Shown here: piece by piece, positions 27,301 to 40,200 of the stretch | How positions within the stretch are numbered: position 1 is the stretch's first letter | How the letters are laid out: each line of letters starts with the position of its first letter | Assembly (NCBI GenBank): GCA_964035545.1 | Contig: OZ037766.1 | Location: 11,770,722-11,834,721, forward strand | DNA: 64,000 nt | Direction: 5' to 3' | Source: Bugula neritina | Taxonomy: Eukaryota > Animalia > Bryozoa | Position numbers and translations under genes: made by a program | Notes under the pieces: generated by a model | Seen by the model: only the letters and a program-made list of their open reading frames with translations | Told to the model about the DNA's origin: nothing | Databases searched by the model: none

Positions 27301-30300
27301 TTTAGCTGGGAAGAGAGGCTAGAAGAATGTACGAGGATTTCATAGATGGCACTAAGTGCATGCTTACTGCAACAGTCAACATTGATAGTAGAGCTACTAA
27401 TCTGGCCAAGGAGCACCTGGACCACCCCACATCCGACATGTTTGATGAGGCGCAGAGTCAGGTACTGTGGCTATGATGTGAACTAGTGTGTTTGGCAGAG
27501 AGCCAAATCTCCGAGATTGTTGTAACTTACCTGAAGTGAAATTTGTCTCCATGCTGATTTATTTTTATATAAAGTGTTAGATTTATCTGCTTTGACTCAG
27601 AAGTGATGGTGCATATGTCCAACTATGGATGCAATAAAATTTCTAGGCATTTGTATGCTAAGAAAATGAAATAGATTCTAGTATATTGAGTGTATAAACT
27701 GTGCAATATGGAGTCGTCTACCATGTATATGTTGACTGCACTGTGTTTATACTTCCTGTTATAGATATTTAGGTTGATGAAAACAGATAGCTACACCAGG
27801 TTCATCAAGTCAGAGTTTTATCAGGCATACTTAGTAAAAGAGTTTGAGAAAGACAAGGCGAAGGTGAAGTAATGCTATTTTATGTAACTATTATTTCTGT
27901 ATGACGTGAGTGATTACTCTCACATCATCAATAAAACAATGACTGTTAATAGATAGGCACCTGCTGGAGCTGATCACCTTTTGAGATTGGCATTTGCTTT
28001 ACTCCAACTTTTTATTACTTTACAGTGTATGTATGCAGTGTATGTATGCAGTGTATGTATGCAGTGTATATATGCAGTGTGTATATGCAGTGTGTATATG
28101 CAGTGTGTATGCAGTGTGTATATGCAGTGTATGTATGCAGTGTGTGTATGCAGTGTATATGCAGTGTGTATATGCAGTGTGTATATGCAGTGTGTGTATG
28201 CAGTGTATATGCAGTGTATATATGCAGTGAATAAATGCATTTACATGTCAGGGCTATAAATCCTTACAGGTTCAGCTTACGTAATAGTAGTTGTATAGTA
28301 TTGTGGTTTTTACTCACTGGACTCAGATACTGACCTCAGTGCGTGAAATCAAATAAGAGTCATGGAATCTGAAAGGGTACACTTTGAATAATATCAATTA
28401 CAGAATATCATATCTTTTCATGCCTTTACAAACATCGTATAATATGATTATATGGATAAATGTTGAAAAATTTTATCTTTCAAATAAATAGCTACTTGTT
28501 ATATACCTTTGAGGTTCAACAAATGCACTGGAGTTTTATATTCAAAATATAGAGTATACATTGCAGTAATATAACTGAAATGTATAACCTTATTACAATT
28601 TCTGGGCCAGGTAATACATGTTAGGCTATTAAATAAAAACTTTTTAAGATTCTGAGATTAAATGTAAAACCACAGTTCCTCTATAAGTGTGGTGTCGGAA
28701 TAAGTATGTAGATCTGAGTGTTGAGTAAGACAACTCCTATATATAACGAATTGTTATTTTTAATAACTTCAACACAAACCAGCCTTAATATTGATTATCT
28801 TCTAGTCATGATAGAAACATACTGAATCAATGTGAAATAAAAAGTGGGTTAGTTTTCATTTCAACATAAATTGTGACACAAAACATAAGGGGAATTTAAA
28901 TTTAATTGTATAATTTTAGTTTTATCAGTTAAATTGAAAGAAATCTTCCACGTTTGTTTACTATACTATTTGATGGTTATCTTATTGTAGGCGGGGCCAT
29001 CTCCCGTCTCCTCTGAGTCATCCGACACTCAGAAACGCCGTCTCTTCCCCAACATATTTAAAGGTAAGTAACATGTACAGCCTACCTCTAGCATATACAC
29101 CGCACACTAAATGTACAGCTTCTTCGCTTATTGCATCTTGTATGAAAAAACAGGAACATAATAATTATTGCTCTTAATTGCAAGTTAATGAGTTCATTTA
29201 AATTAATTGAATGCTGAGAGATGATGCTGGTGCAGTAATTATATTATCAAATGGTTTGTGTTACAGATATATCCCGAACTTTTACTAACAGAGTGCAATC
29301 TGATAGCGTAAACTCTGCTCGCAAATCTGGCTCCCATAGTTCTGATGACAGCTCTTTAGAAAGAGTTCGTCCTTCTGCAAAGTCTAACAGATATGATAGT
29401 TCTTTAACCGCTGATCTTAGAGACATGAAACATAGGATGGATCGAGCAGTGAGTTGTCTATGCACTCAGACTAAGGAATATTAGTGCATTGCTGCCTATT
29501 TACCTAAGGTTTAAATTCACATCCAGGGTTTTAAGTATTATATAGATTTCAAAAACTTGCTTTAAATAATAGTGATGCAATGTTTTTTTAGTCGCCAAGT
29601 GATGTTGATAGTGAGAGACTGCTGAGAGTCGTCCTTCCAGATGGTTCTACTTCTGTCCTTCAAAGGAACCAATCAGAATCGCTTCACAGTATTCTTGCAG
29701 CCATTCTTATTAAGAAGACAGACTTGGCTGTTAATTCAATTGATGTGTTCCCTTTGCAGTCTGACAGAGTAGGTCTATTAGATGATGACATTTCACATGG
29801 AGTTATCTTTCTATTTTAGTTGTCATTTTCCTTGAGACTATTAAACTGCATGTCCGTTGTTCATCAATTGGAATTAATTAATTACTGTTATAATTGTGTT
29901 TATCTTACTGTTAAACAAGTATTTGTATGTCTTGCTAATTGCAGGCCCTGGATGTTTCTTTAAAACTCAAAGATATACCCTATCAGGAACTTCGGGTAGA
30001 GAAAAGATGCATAGTCAAATTAGTGCTTCCTAATTGCAAAGTTATTGGAATTAAGGCTAAGCCACACAGAACTATAGGGGACGTAGTTAAACCTGTTCTA
30101 CACAAGTACGACTTGAATATTGATCACGCAACTATTACCAACGTAAGTATAAAGGCATATGTTTGATGTATGTAATGCAAATACCCTATGTGCACATTAC
30201 AAAGTGTTACTGCACTAAGTATATGCAGAGTTTACTTTCACAACATTTTTAAGTTCACTACCTGCTACTGGCCAAATTTTTTCAACCCAATACAGTGCTC

Positions 30301-33300
30301 CTTTCGTATCTCACTAAGCTACGTGTAGAATACCAGATTTAACTCACGGATCCAATTCGGCCATTTTGTCCCTATACAAACATACATAAGCCACAGAACA
30401 AGGGTCCAAGCCTCACTATATAGTTATTATTATATTATATTCACCGGCTTTCCATGGATCGATCTCAGCGAGATCGATCTGAGATCGATCCATGGAAAGC
30501 CCGTGTTTATGTTATAAATTCGCTGTTTATATTGTTCACATTTTGTTTACTACAATTACCTAGTGAGTGTAACTACACGGTATCTATGCTATAAAGTTTA
30601 AATGTATCATGTGTAAAGATAAGCTACATGTTAATATTACAAAGAGTACTGTCTCAATTAGATGACTCATAATTTCTTGTAGAATGGACAGTCTGTGACC
30701 CACGACCAGCCAGTTGTGTCTGTGGACAATATCAAGCTTGCTGTAGCAACCAATGAGCAGATGCGTGGTGAGTTCGTGTGTGCTCTACAGGCTGTTTCGA
30801 ATTTACTTATAATCAGTACTTTCACCCTTTTCATGGTGCTAAGGGTGCACCTGGGGCAGTACTAAGGTGGTACTGGGGTAGTGTTAGAATGGTGTTACAG
30901 TATACTAGCTCATTTAAAGTACTGGAATAGAATATTAATTACTGTAGAGGTCAATTGTTTTAAAATAGCATAAAGTCATTACATTGTTGACATTGGGTGT
31001 GCTAATGTGCTCTTTAATATCATATGAATGTAAATAATGCAAGCATCAACACCTACCTAACTGATTCCTCTATCCACTTTGTCTGTGTATTTAATATCCC
31101 TAATGTTTGGGATTTCAGTCTCATCAAAGTTGAGGAAAGGTAAATCTTCACCGTAGCACCACATTGTAATGTTTTATTATTTCTTAAAGAATGTGCCACA
31201 CATCATATTATATTTAGAATTTCTTTCCTCATTAGTCTTTTTTCAAACATTTCTCTAGTCACTAGTGTACCCCTATTTATGTTACCTTCAATGTCTTTTT
31301 ATTAGTATTACTATATTTAGCAGAAACATATCTATATATTTGCCTCTTTGTATTCATGTGTAGAGCGTATGACTGCATGTGTAACCTTATTCATTGTACA
31401 GTGACAGCATTCAGTAGTTCCCACCTGCAGTACAGTCTACTGTTACTGTATACAGTATACTGCTTACATGAAAACTAATGTAATAAAAAAAGGGCAGCTG
31501 TAATAGTAATCCTAACTTTTAATATTTTTTCAACTGTAATGAAAGTGTGACTTGATGTATTTGTTGTGTTGAGAACTATACTCAAGTTTAAGGTCTGTTA
31601 TTTTAGCAATATTCAAAATAATTGTATTGCAATGGAAATGTATACCAAATTTTACATTTCTCACCTAGGGGACTGTAGTCCTGCATGGGTAGATGTACAG
31701 AAATTTACAATTTGTTGTGTTAAAATATCACAATTGAAACACCTTGTTATTGTTTTGGTGAACAAAATTGTAAAATTGTGATCATTATAAGAAAATAGTG
31801 ACTATTACAGTATCAGTAGCAGAGAGCTCGGTAATCAACGCCAACAAAATTGAAAGCTTCACTTGTGTCTTCTTCATGTATAGTTTTGATTATAATAATC
31901 GATACTAAAATTATTACTTTCAGGAATATTAAAGAAAGGTAAATAATTTAACATTAGGATCAAATATCAATGTTGTATATGGCCAACTAGTTGTAGCCCA
32001 CTCTGTCTTATATGTCTTCAATTCTCTTCACTACTCTTCACTACCTTGAAACATTTGTAACCTCTACATGTTTACCATTAGTTTAACGTGTTGCAAAGCC
32101 ACATCTTTACAGACTACAAATGATTTAAGAATAAATCATTCAATTCAATATTTACCTGAAGATCACCTCTCAATCTAACAATGCAGAGCTGTATGGTCCC
32201 TTGTAAAGGGTATTCTAATCAACGTTATTCTCTGCAACACCTACATAACTTTAATGAATTTAATTTTAGTGAATTGATATATTAAAAAAAATTGCATTGT
32301 CATTGAATACTAGCTGTTAGTGGGTAGATAGTTAAAGTAGTTTAGATATTCTGTTGTATATGGTAATCTTCCTTTTACATTGTACCTGTAACTTCTTATG
32401 TACCAGGTAGCATTATAAAACTGCTTTATAAGTTTATCATCTTGCTGACCTTAATTGTGTATATTTTCAAAAGGTCCATGTCTTTAAGTAAGTCTTCCTT
32501 ACATATCAGTTTCCCACACGTAAAACTCTTTATACTTTGGATTTCACCCTAAATATCATTTTCTAGAAGTCAACATTTTTTAATAAATGTCTGTAAGCTC
32601 ATATATAATAATAACAGACACTTTAGACATACAGACAAACATAGTTGATATACACAAGTTCATGTTTTACAGTTTTATACTCTAATATACTTATTGTTGG
32701 TTCATTCTTTATCTAATTAAGTTCTTTTTCAGATTGGGGAATATCTAAAAAGACTCCTAATGCACACATTGGTGTAGATGATTTGGTAGATTTTGAAGTT
32801 ATCTTCTCACGAGATGCTAATGTTGAAGATTCCTTATCCAAGGTGGGTGGAAAATTAAATACTTTGGCTGTTTCAGCCAGTGTTTCTATTTCATATATTA
32901 AATCTGCATATATGTATTATAGTAACATATTATGTATTATAGTAGCATGTGTATTTTAGTAGCGTATGTATTATAGTAGCATGTGTATTTTAGTAGCATA
33001 TGTATTATAGTAGCATATGTATTATAGTAGCATATGTATTATAGTAGCATGTGACACAAAGTTTCCCAGTCCTAGTAAATTTCATGCTGCAAAACAGTTT
33101 CATCTTACTTAGGGTTGGGTGAGATACTGCCCCAAAAATGTAGCTGTTGCTTGTCAAAGCAGGCTATGACCAAATGCACTGAATGAAATTCATCCGTTTA
33201 TCTCTCTAATTTTTTATCATGGAAAGGAAATTAAAGTGACAGTTCCATTTATTTCACCAAGATATTTTATTACAGCTTCATGCAGCATATAACAGTTTTA

Positions 33301-36300
33301 AATTAGGTTATATAAGTAATAGTTCATTCATACCTCTTGATATATACTTAAGTTGGGGTTAATGACAGCTCAACTATTGATTATATTATAAGTAATACTT
33401 GTGTTGAACAAATTCATGTAAAGTTATGGAAGGAGAGTTTATTCTAGACTGCAATCAGTTTTTCCATATATAATCTGTTGTGGGACTTCAATACCAGGCT
33501 TTAGTAAAAGCAATTTTTTCTAACAAACGCACAATATCACGAAATTAAAGAAGCCTGTTATAAAGTCCTATGTGATTGTCCTGAGGTCACAAGTAGAAGT
33601 ACATTTAGCAGACTGCGTCTTACTTCCACTTTACTCCCACTTTTTTATTATGTTTGAACTATTTATTAGCTTCCCTTTACTAATACATGGAGATATTGTT
33701 GGTTTTGAGATGACTATTTTTGATAAACTGGTTATTAGAGTTATAGTAACCATACTAAAATGGCAAGTAATGAAAATACTTCTCAATAACATAAACATGC
33801 TAGTAAAACTTCCAATCACATTTCAATACCAGACACAGAATGAGAGCATAGATATAGACCCGCATCATTTAATAGCCTTGTCAATATTTATTGCATACTG
33901 TGAGAATTACTATCAGCATAAGAACTAATCAAGATTTAAAGCATTAATTATCTAAATTAAGCTTTAAACTAATATTACAAATATAATTGTAAAAATATGA
34001 AAATTTTCCAAGTCAACACGTCAATGAAATCTGACAATACCCAGCTAGGCTAGCTCTGCAAATCTCCTTGTTTTTAGCCTTAGATCTAATGCATGAAACT
34101 TTGCATGTATTAAGATGCTTTCTGCTTTACACCCACCCTTCATGAGATTTTTAATGCATCCCAATTAAGGCCGTCGACTCTCCTATTGAAGTGGAGTTAT
34201 ATTCTCACTAAAAGCTGTCGTAATAAATTCAACCCTTGTCAATGCATAGCAAGTGAATCTCTTTAAACACTGAAACCTACATGCTTATTTTAAAGAAAGG
34301 CTTCTTAGGTGAAGTCTGTTACCAGGTATGCCTGTCAAAATGTAACTTGGTAAACTGCGCGGTACCACAAATTCCAAACTCGCCCCAAAATGTTTTATTG
34401 GTTTGCCTAGACGTGCTGTGATTGGTTTGCTCACATGTGACTGGCATACCCAAAAACAGACTTCTTAGTTGCTTGTATTCTGCATGTAAAAGTGCCTTAA
34501 TTGTATGTATGATCTTGACATTTGCACTTTTTGGTTTAGAATATAATTATAGTGGTTGCTTATTCTGTCTTATTGCTAGAGGTCGAAGGGCTCTCAACTA
34601 TTAGGCATGCTCAAAAACTATTCCTTAGATGATAGCAAAAGCACCCTTAGAAAGTCCAAAAGCAAGAATGTAACATTTGGACCCACAAAAAGTTTGGATG
34701 ATAGACATCTAGCCAAAGCTACCACCAATGGTATGTTGCCATGGGCTTAAAATTTCGCAACTTGTTTATGCTCTATTAGCTGTAGTCTGCCTGTGCATGT
34801 GCTGGTGAAATTGCTGACTATCAAGCTTTTACTTTTCATTGTTTCACGATTCTATAGTCTAGATTGTGCAGTTATCTATTTAAATATAGTATGGCATTGT
34901 CTATATTTTATTACAGTAATATTTATATACCTCGTTTTGGTAACATTTCCTGGTAATGTCGTGATTCTGATTAACAGAAAAGTTCTTAGAAATGCTGAGC
35001 AAAATACAGAGCTCACGTCTGAATGACCAGAGAGGTCTTAGCATTGACGTAGGAGATATACCCGATTTCCTCAAGTCTGACAATGATGGGGGGTCTTTGT
35101 CACCTCTCCAACCTAGGACTCATAAAGACGTAGCTCGACAGCCAGGTTCAACTGACAATAGGTAAGCCATGCAATGCTGTGAGGTACTTGAGCTGATTAT
35201 TGTATTGGTTGCTACCGTGTAATATTATTGGAAAGTAATATGGTTAAATTCTAACTTATTTTATTTCGTAAGTTTTGAAGCAAGTTTTGACAAGTGATGA
35301 AGCATAAGACTTGTCACTATCATTTAATTGTAGTTTTGTAAAACTACCTGTGCAACAATAATAATGACATCAAAATAAACGAGAAATTAAGAGCACATGC
35401 CAAATATTTCGCTTTAGTAATAAATCAAGAGGTGACTCTAGAAGTTGTGTAATTCATCAAGTAAAGACCCAACTGTGTGTTGGCAAGTAAACAATCAAAA
35501 CTTTTTGCGATAGGTCTAGTCTATAACATATTATGCAATTTCTCTTCTAGCAATAAGACTGTACAATCGGTAATTCATTAAGTTGCTCTCCTATCATTTT
35601 ATTTAGTTTAGTTTTATTCACTAGACAGTGTGAAGTTGATGCAATTTTGTTTTTTCTGCTCTCTACACAAAGTATTATTCTATTTGTGACATTCGCACTG
35701 ATGATTAGAGTCACTTCTTAATATTTTTAGTGTTTGCTGCAGTGAAGAAACTAGTACTGCTGTGACATCATCATCACCTGGTGTAGGATATAGGTTATCC
35801 CAACATTCTCACAAGTCACAGCATAATACCAGTGTTATCACACGAACTCAACTCAATAATAGCTATCACAGGGCAATAGCGGCAGGAGACGATGACTCCG
35901 AATTTGACCTCTTGCCACAATCTCTCAATAATGTGCACGGTACAACTCTGCCTGGTAATAGAGTAGTAAATGACATAGAACACTCCCTCTCCTCTTCTTT
36001 ACCAAATGTTCCTCCTCCACCTGAGTTTGGTAATGAAGCTGTTGCTAGCACACCAATCTGTGCTGTTATACCGCCTTCATACCAGGAGGCTATTAGCAGG
36101 TCCAATCTAACATTTCGATTCAACTCCAATAATAATAATAATAGTAACCATTATATGCCATTTGATGGGACTCTGCACGAAACTGGTGTTAAAAATAAAA
36201 CAAATTTTGACTCCTCTCACCAGCCAATGATCTATCACGACGAAGCTGACCAATCAGAAGACAGTGACCGATCAATTCCCTCACCTACAACTCACAGCCT

Positions 36301-36442
36301 GGTTTTGACTACAGAAGATTCACAGGCAGCTGCCAGAGATAGCACGCTGACTAAGTATGACTTCTATGAACGACAGTATAATAATACCCAACTAGTTCGG
36401 CCTACTCCTTCTAATGACCCAGTAAAAGTTACCTTTGTATGA
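1402..36442 (+). CDS. RGS12: Regulator of G-protein signalling 12 / loco orthologue (PDZ-PTB-RGS-RBD-RBD-GoLoco), multi-exon, 5'-partial
   Basis: Manually spliced GT-AG exons with consistent phases: 1402-1588, 2856-2958, 3597-4560, 5049-5341, 6539-6706, 6991-7144, 7444-7745, 8515-8858, 9965-10169, 18826-18900, 26061-26216, 27086-27172, 27306-27461, 27765-27863, 28991-29063, 29267-29448, 29592-29768, 29945-30142, 30683-30767, 32733-32842, 34580-34730, 34978-35161, 35731-36442 (5165 nt, open to TGA). Domain order and the terminal -VTFV match RGS12. The low-complexity linker exons are less certain than the domain exons. Confidence 0.95.
1991..2765. mobile_element. Non-autonomous DNA transposon (MITE), TTAA target-site duplication, Kolobok-like AGG..CCT ends
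   Basis: TTAA-AGGATTGCTCTATCTT (1991-2010) is the exact reverse complement of AAGATAGAGCAATCCT-TTAA (2746-2765). The interior is CpG-richer and has no transposase ORF. Confidence 0.8.
3597..4560 (+). CDS. RGS12: RGS12 exon: PTB domain
   Basis: [47 protein letters not shown] and downstream NSDSGLG, characteristic of the RGS12 PTB region. Acceptor ttgcag before 3597, donor at 4561. Confidence 0.95.
12152..12394 (+). CDS. Candidate alternative (cassette or first) RGS12 exon
   Basis: tgtag acceptor, 243 nt open in phase 0-0, donor cag|gtttgt, internal ATG at 12209 ([17 protein letters not shown]..). Confidence 0.45.
12422..12822. repeat. Minisatellite of 5-nt subunits, main period 15 nt (TACTCTACCTTACAC)n
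   Basis: Directly visible; causes the LHYST repeat in ORF 12152-12859. Confidence 0.97.
15092..15426. repeat. 17-nt minisatellite (CCCTACCCTCCCTTWTA) x about 19
   Basis: Directly visible; the minus strand reads GGGAGGGTAGGG per unit. Confidence 0.97.
15817..15875. repeat. 14-nt tandem repeat (AATACAAATACTAT) x about 4
   Basis: Directly visible. Confidence 0.8.
17325..17500. repeat. 20-nt minisatellite (ACATGGGACAGCATTGTGTT) x about 9
   Basis: Head-to-tail copies with no spacers. Confidence 0.96.
24264..24339. repeat. (AT)n microsatellite
   Basis: Uninterrupted AT run of about 76 nt. Confidence 0.99.
26061..27863 (+). CDS. RGS12: RGS12 exons: RGS (Galpha GAP) domain
   Basis: Four phase-0 exons (26061-26216, 27086-27172, 27306-27461, 27765-27863) give [54 protein letters not shown]. 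The conserved EEN, Asn (VNID) and DSYxRF motifs are intact. Confidence 0.96.
26271..26460 (+). mobile_element. tRNA-derived SINE
   Basis: Pol III A box (TAGTCTAGGGG) and B box (GGTTCGAACCC) at tRNA spacing, followed by a non-tRNA body (AGGAAGAGCATCCAGTCATAA). No intact acceptor stem; 3' boundary approximate. Confidence 0.75.
28022..28229. repeat. Variable-period (10-14 nt) minisatellite ATGCAGTGT(RT)n
   Basis: Directly visible; causes the C/V/Y/M-rich ORFs at 27974-28259. Confidence 0.96.
29592..30767 (+). CDS. RGS12: RGS12 exons: tandem Ras-binding (RBD) domains
   Basis: [12 protein letters not shown].. (RBD1) and [38 protein letters not shown] (RBD2); exons 29592-29768, 29945-30142, 30683-30767. 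Confidence 0.9.
30442..30505. repeat. Perfect 23-bp inverted repeat with a 10-nt loop
   Basis: GGCTTTCCATGGATCGATCTCAG (30446-30468) pairs with CTGAGATCGATCCATGGAAAGCC (30479-30501); extends with one mismatch. Confidence 0.95.
31119..31139 (+). CDS. Candidate 21-nt frame-preserving RGS12 microexon (VSSKLRK)
   Basis: atttcag|TCTCATCAAAGTTGAGGAAAG|gtaaat inside a phase-1 intron; no stop codon. Confidence 0.45.
32910..33052. repeat. 17-nt minisatellite (TATGTATTATAGTAGCA) x about 8
   Basis: Directly visible. Confidence 0.93.
34978..35161 (+). CDS. RGS12: RGS12 exon: GoLoco/GPR motif
   Basis: [26 protein letters not shown] with the DQR triad; this frame is absent from the ORF track. Confidence 0.93.
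35731..36442 (+). CDS. RGS12: RGS12 terminal exon ending in a class I PDZ-binding motif (-VTFV)
   Basis: Acceptor tttttag before 35731, phase matches the GoLoco exon; ends NDPVKVTFV*. Confidence 0.88.
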
Positions 36443-37278
36443 TGTTGGGTTATAATATTCTCCAGTGAGTACCACTTGCTATTATAAGCATGGTACTTTT
36501 CACATGCATGACATGTCTCATTATTGTAAATAATATTTGTGTATACTTGTATAAAAATATACTTGATATTGGCTCACCAAGTTAGTATTTGATAGTGCAA
36601 TCTTAACGATTAGTGCTACTGAAGTAGGCAGATTTTGCTGGCAAAGTATATGCTTTTTAGCATGTTATGTTTTATTTTACCTTATATAATATTTTTGTAC
36701 AAATTAACTCTTATTTTTTGTAACAAATAACCATTTTATTAGGTTGATGCATTAAATTTTACATTATACTACATAAAGATCTTAAAGCACCTAAAAACTT
36801 CTCTTATTAATCACAAACACAATCATTTGAAATGCACAAAATAGAAACTGGTAAATATTAATAAAAAATAGCTGAATGAAAATAATAATGTCATTACAAG
36901 GTTTATGCTTTACTAAGATAAAAAAATAGAAATTATCAACGTGACTTTAGCAAAAAATATTAATTAATATAATAATTAATCTGAGGAACAGACAGCAATA
37001 AAATTCTTAAAACAATGTCAAGCCTCATGCAGTGTGCTCAAGACTACACGTATAATCAAGTGGGCAGTGACATGAAATGCAATGTGTATATTATAGTAAA
37101 TGTTACACATTAGCATGTGAATATATGCCATGCATTTATTGTGTACACTTTCTAGAGGTTGTGAGGAATAGTTTACACACATAAGCCACTCTATTTGTGC
37201 CCACCTATGTGTTACCATGTTACTGCTTGCACAGGGCATTGTAAAATGATATGGTTTGGCAGCTTATTTTACACTTGT

Positions 37279-40200
37279 CTATATAGATGATGCACCAGTT
37301 TCATTGCAATATTCCAAAGTTATAACGGAAGGGTCAATATATTGTCTATTTGGTTCGAAGTCGTACTGCTCATCTACAACATGACTAGTACTACTATCCT
37401 CGGTATGACTGTAACAATTACTCTGACCAACACCATGACTGCTAGCAATCTCCTGCAGGTCCTGCTGAGATCCTTCATAAGACATGTTGATAACACCCAT
37501 AGAGGTTTCTTCGGAGTTCACAAGGCCACTAGTGGAATACATACTAAACCTAGTCAATTCATTCTCGCTAGACTCATGATTTGCTATAGATGGCACATTG
37601 TTTATAGCGGCTAGAGATGGCCTTTCAAGGGGACCATTAAATCTATACGTGGGAGGATTAGAGTTAGGGAATTCAGTATTTCTAGGAAATATAATGTGAA
37701 TGCCTGGTCTTTGTGCTGGTGTGTGTGATTTATAGGAGGGAGGAGGAGAGCCTGGAACGTAGGGTATTGAGTCAACAGTGTACAAATCACTTTCCTGTTC
37801 TTGCATGGCAGTAGCATATGAAGGTGGGGGAGCTCTGTATCTAAACTCCGGGTGAAGTTGTCCTGAAAGAAGCAGATATTTGCTTTATCAAGTATTAACC
37901 AGCCAATATTACCAGAATAACCAAAATACTGTTTAGCAACTGCAACCTAGCAAATAATCTACAATCTACATGCATGCTCATGTAATTCTCTGGCACATCT
38001 TATAAGGAATATTAAAGAAAGGTATACGAATTTTTAATATTTAAGTACAAAAGGTGGTGAACTAATATAAATTTGGCAAAAAGCATATATAATAAATCAT
38101 ACCATTCGGTGAATAATTTTTTCAAGCAAATGAGTTATATAACAAGAGTCCCATATATTATATAAAAATTATTCCATCTATGTCTAATATATTCTCACAT
38201 TCCAATTAAATAAACATTATTATTTTACGGATGTTATTTACAATTATTAAAAAAAACTCTAAAAACTAGAAATTGTAGACTAAATTTAAATGATCAACAA
38301 AGTTATCAAAATAAAGACTATGGTCGTTGTTTTGTACATAATATTATGACCTTTGCCAACTACATCAAACTTTACTATAAAAAGTACATACATACATTAT
38401 CTATAATGTTTATCCCTTGTAATAATTTGTACATTAGATGTTGTGTTTCAATTATTATTCTAGGTTTAAATTTAGAATTGAAACAACTGCCTAAAATAAA
38501 TAATGACAAATTTTCCAGTACTGAAAAACAACTTTTCAAGCCATCAGTATTTAGCTAGAGCAGACAACTCTCAAAACAACATGTAGGGGTTACTGGATGG
38601 TCTTACAGAGTTGCTCATTTATGAAAACTTTCAAAGCCAAAGGTTACCAACTTTTCGTATCTATAAAGTGAAGATAAAAGAACAAACTGCTACAATTTGC
38701 ATGTAAGTAGCCTACTAACTTCTCAGCCAATGCAGTCTCTCCCTCCGACGCCGGTGCCGTCTCGTCAGTCTACAATAGGAACCTAGGCCAAACAACATGT
38801 GACAAGGCTCGTGAGTCTCAGGGGTGCATTTCCAACCAACCAGCACCATGGTTAGAAGAATCAGCCCTAAACCTGTAATTGAAAAAAAAAGAACATTATT
38901 TTGCAGATAAAACAGCCAAAAAACATTTGTTATTGTAAAAATATTAAACAGCTATAAATATTGTGGTAATTAATTCGGTTTAATTTGAATTTAAATTATT
39001 AAATTGCAGCTCTTTGTTAAAATAGATGTAAAATTTACAATTTGTTTTAATAGTTTATTCATGCATTAGAACAAATATGTCGAGAAAAAGACGACTTCAA
39101 ATGTTAGATTAGCTATTAGACAGGAAGGGAGTAAACTATTACAATTCACACCCATCAGAAGAAAATGTGTATATTAATGTAATTAAGTGTAGTTACACTT
39201 ATATTCAGATTACATACAATTATTTTTCATCAACGGAGAATCTCAACACACAATAACCAAAGTCATTAGCCTCGAGTAGCAGGGAAATGGGAGAAAAAAA
39301 TTTGGAGTTGTCTCTTATGATTAAATAGAGTAACACAAGTAACTCTCCATTTTAGAAAAATAAAGTGTGTACATTAGCATAGCACATTCAGCTTTAGTGT
39401 TTGTGACTATAAAATACAACTTAATGTGAACAGTCTATCTACCACTCTCTTTTATGAACTTCATTTAACTTTCCAATAAACACCGAAAATTGTGAAACAT
39501 CTCAAAACTGCAGCTATCTCGTGCAGCTTTCATATCACTTGATTTATAACCATATTGATTTATGTCTATTGGTTCGGCACGAAAGTTAACCATGTCAAAA
39601 ACTTGAGGTCTGTCCACATGGAGATGCCAAATCTTTTCAATTCATAAAACATATTTTATTTGATTTCGACAGTTTGCTAAGAGACCTTGACCTTTACTAT
39701 AAACACTTTAAACTTGCTCAAACTTCTCTTTGAGGTTAGCATACATATAAATAATCTTGCTGAGCTGTCTAATTGAAGCTGAGATAAATCTAAGCAGGAA
39801 CTGTTTTGTGCAAATGCTCATTTGACTAAAAGTTGGCACCAAAATAAAATAAATTCCTACATGTGAAATAACTAGAGAGTTTGTTGCCACTTGGCATGTT
39901 TTGATGCCTTTAGAAGAACCAGATATTTATTTATTTATGAGCACAAAAAATTAAATTTCCTTTCATAGGAGGGCAAATGTGTCATGTCAACACATTATTC
40001 AAGGCAACTTTGTCTCATAACATAACATATACCTCCAGAGAGCAGTGTACATAATGAGGCAGGTCAGTTAGAATCAGTAAATCCCAGCATCCTAATGACA
40101 CCAAAAGTAATTAACTAGAATTAAGACGTGCTTGTCAGATTGGAAGGGTCTGGGGTGTAGTCACCTGTCTATTTAGGAATACACCGGCAACAACCAACCC

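Noticed and set aside
27974-28259. Cys-rich (metallothionein-like) ORFs
   Set aside because: Artefact of the ATGCAGTGT repeat on both strands.
28270-28376. Extra RGS12 exon
   Set aside because: The candidate acceptors lead to in-frame stops, and 27863>28991 already joins in phase.
33572-33928. 118-aa hydrophobic ORF
   Set aside because: GTG start, AT-rich codon bias, intronic, with no supporting splice sites or motifs.
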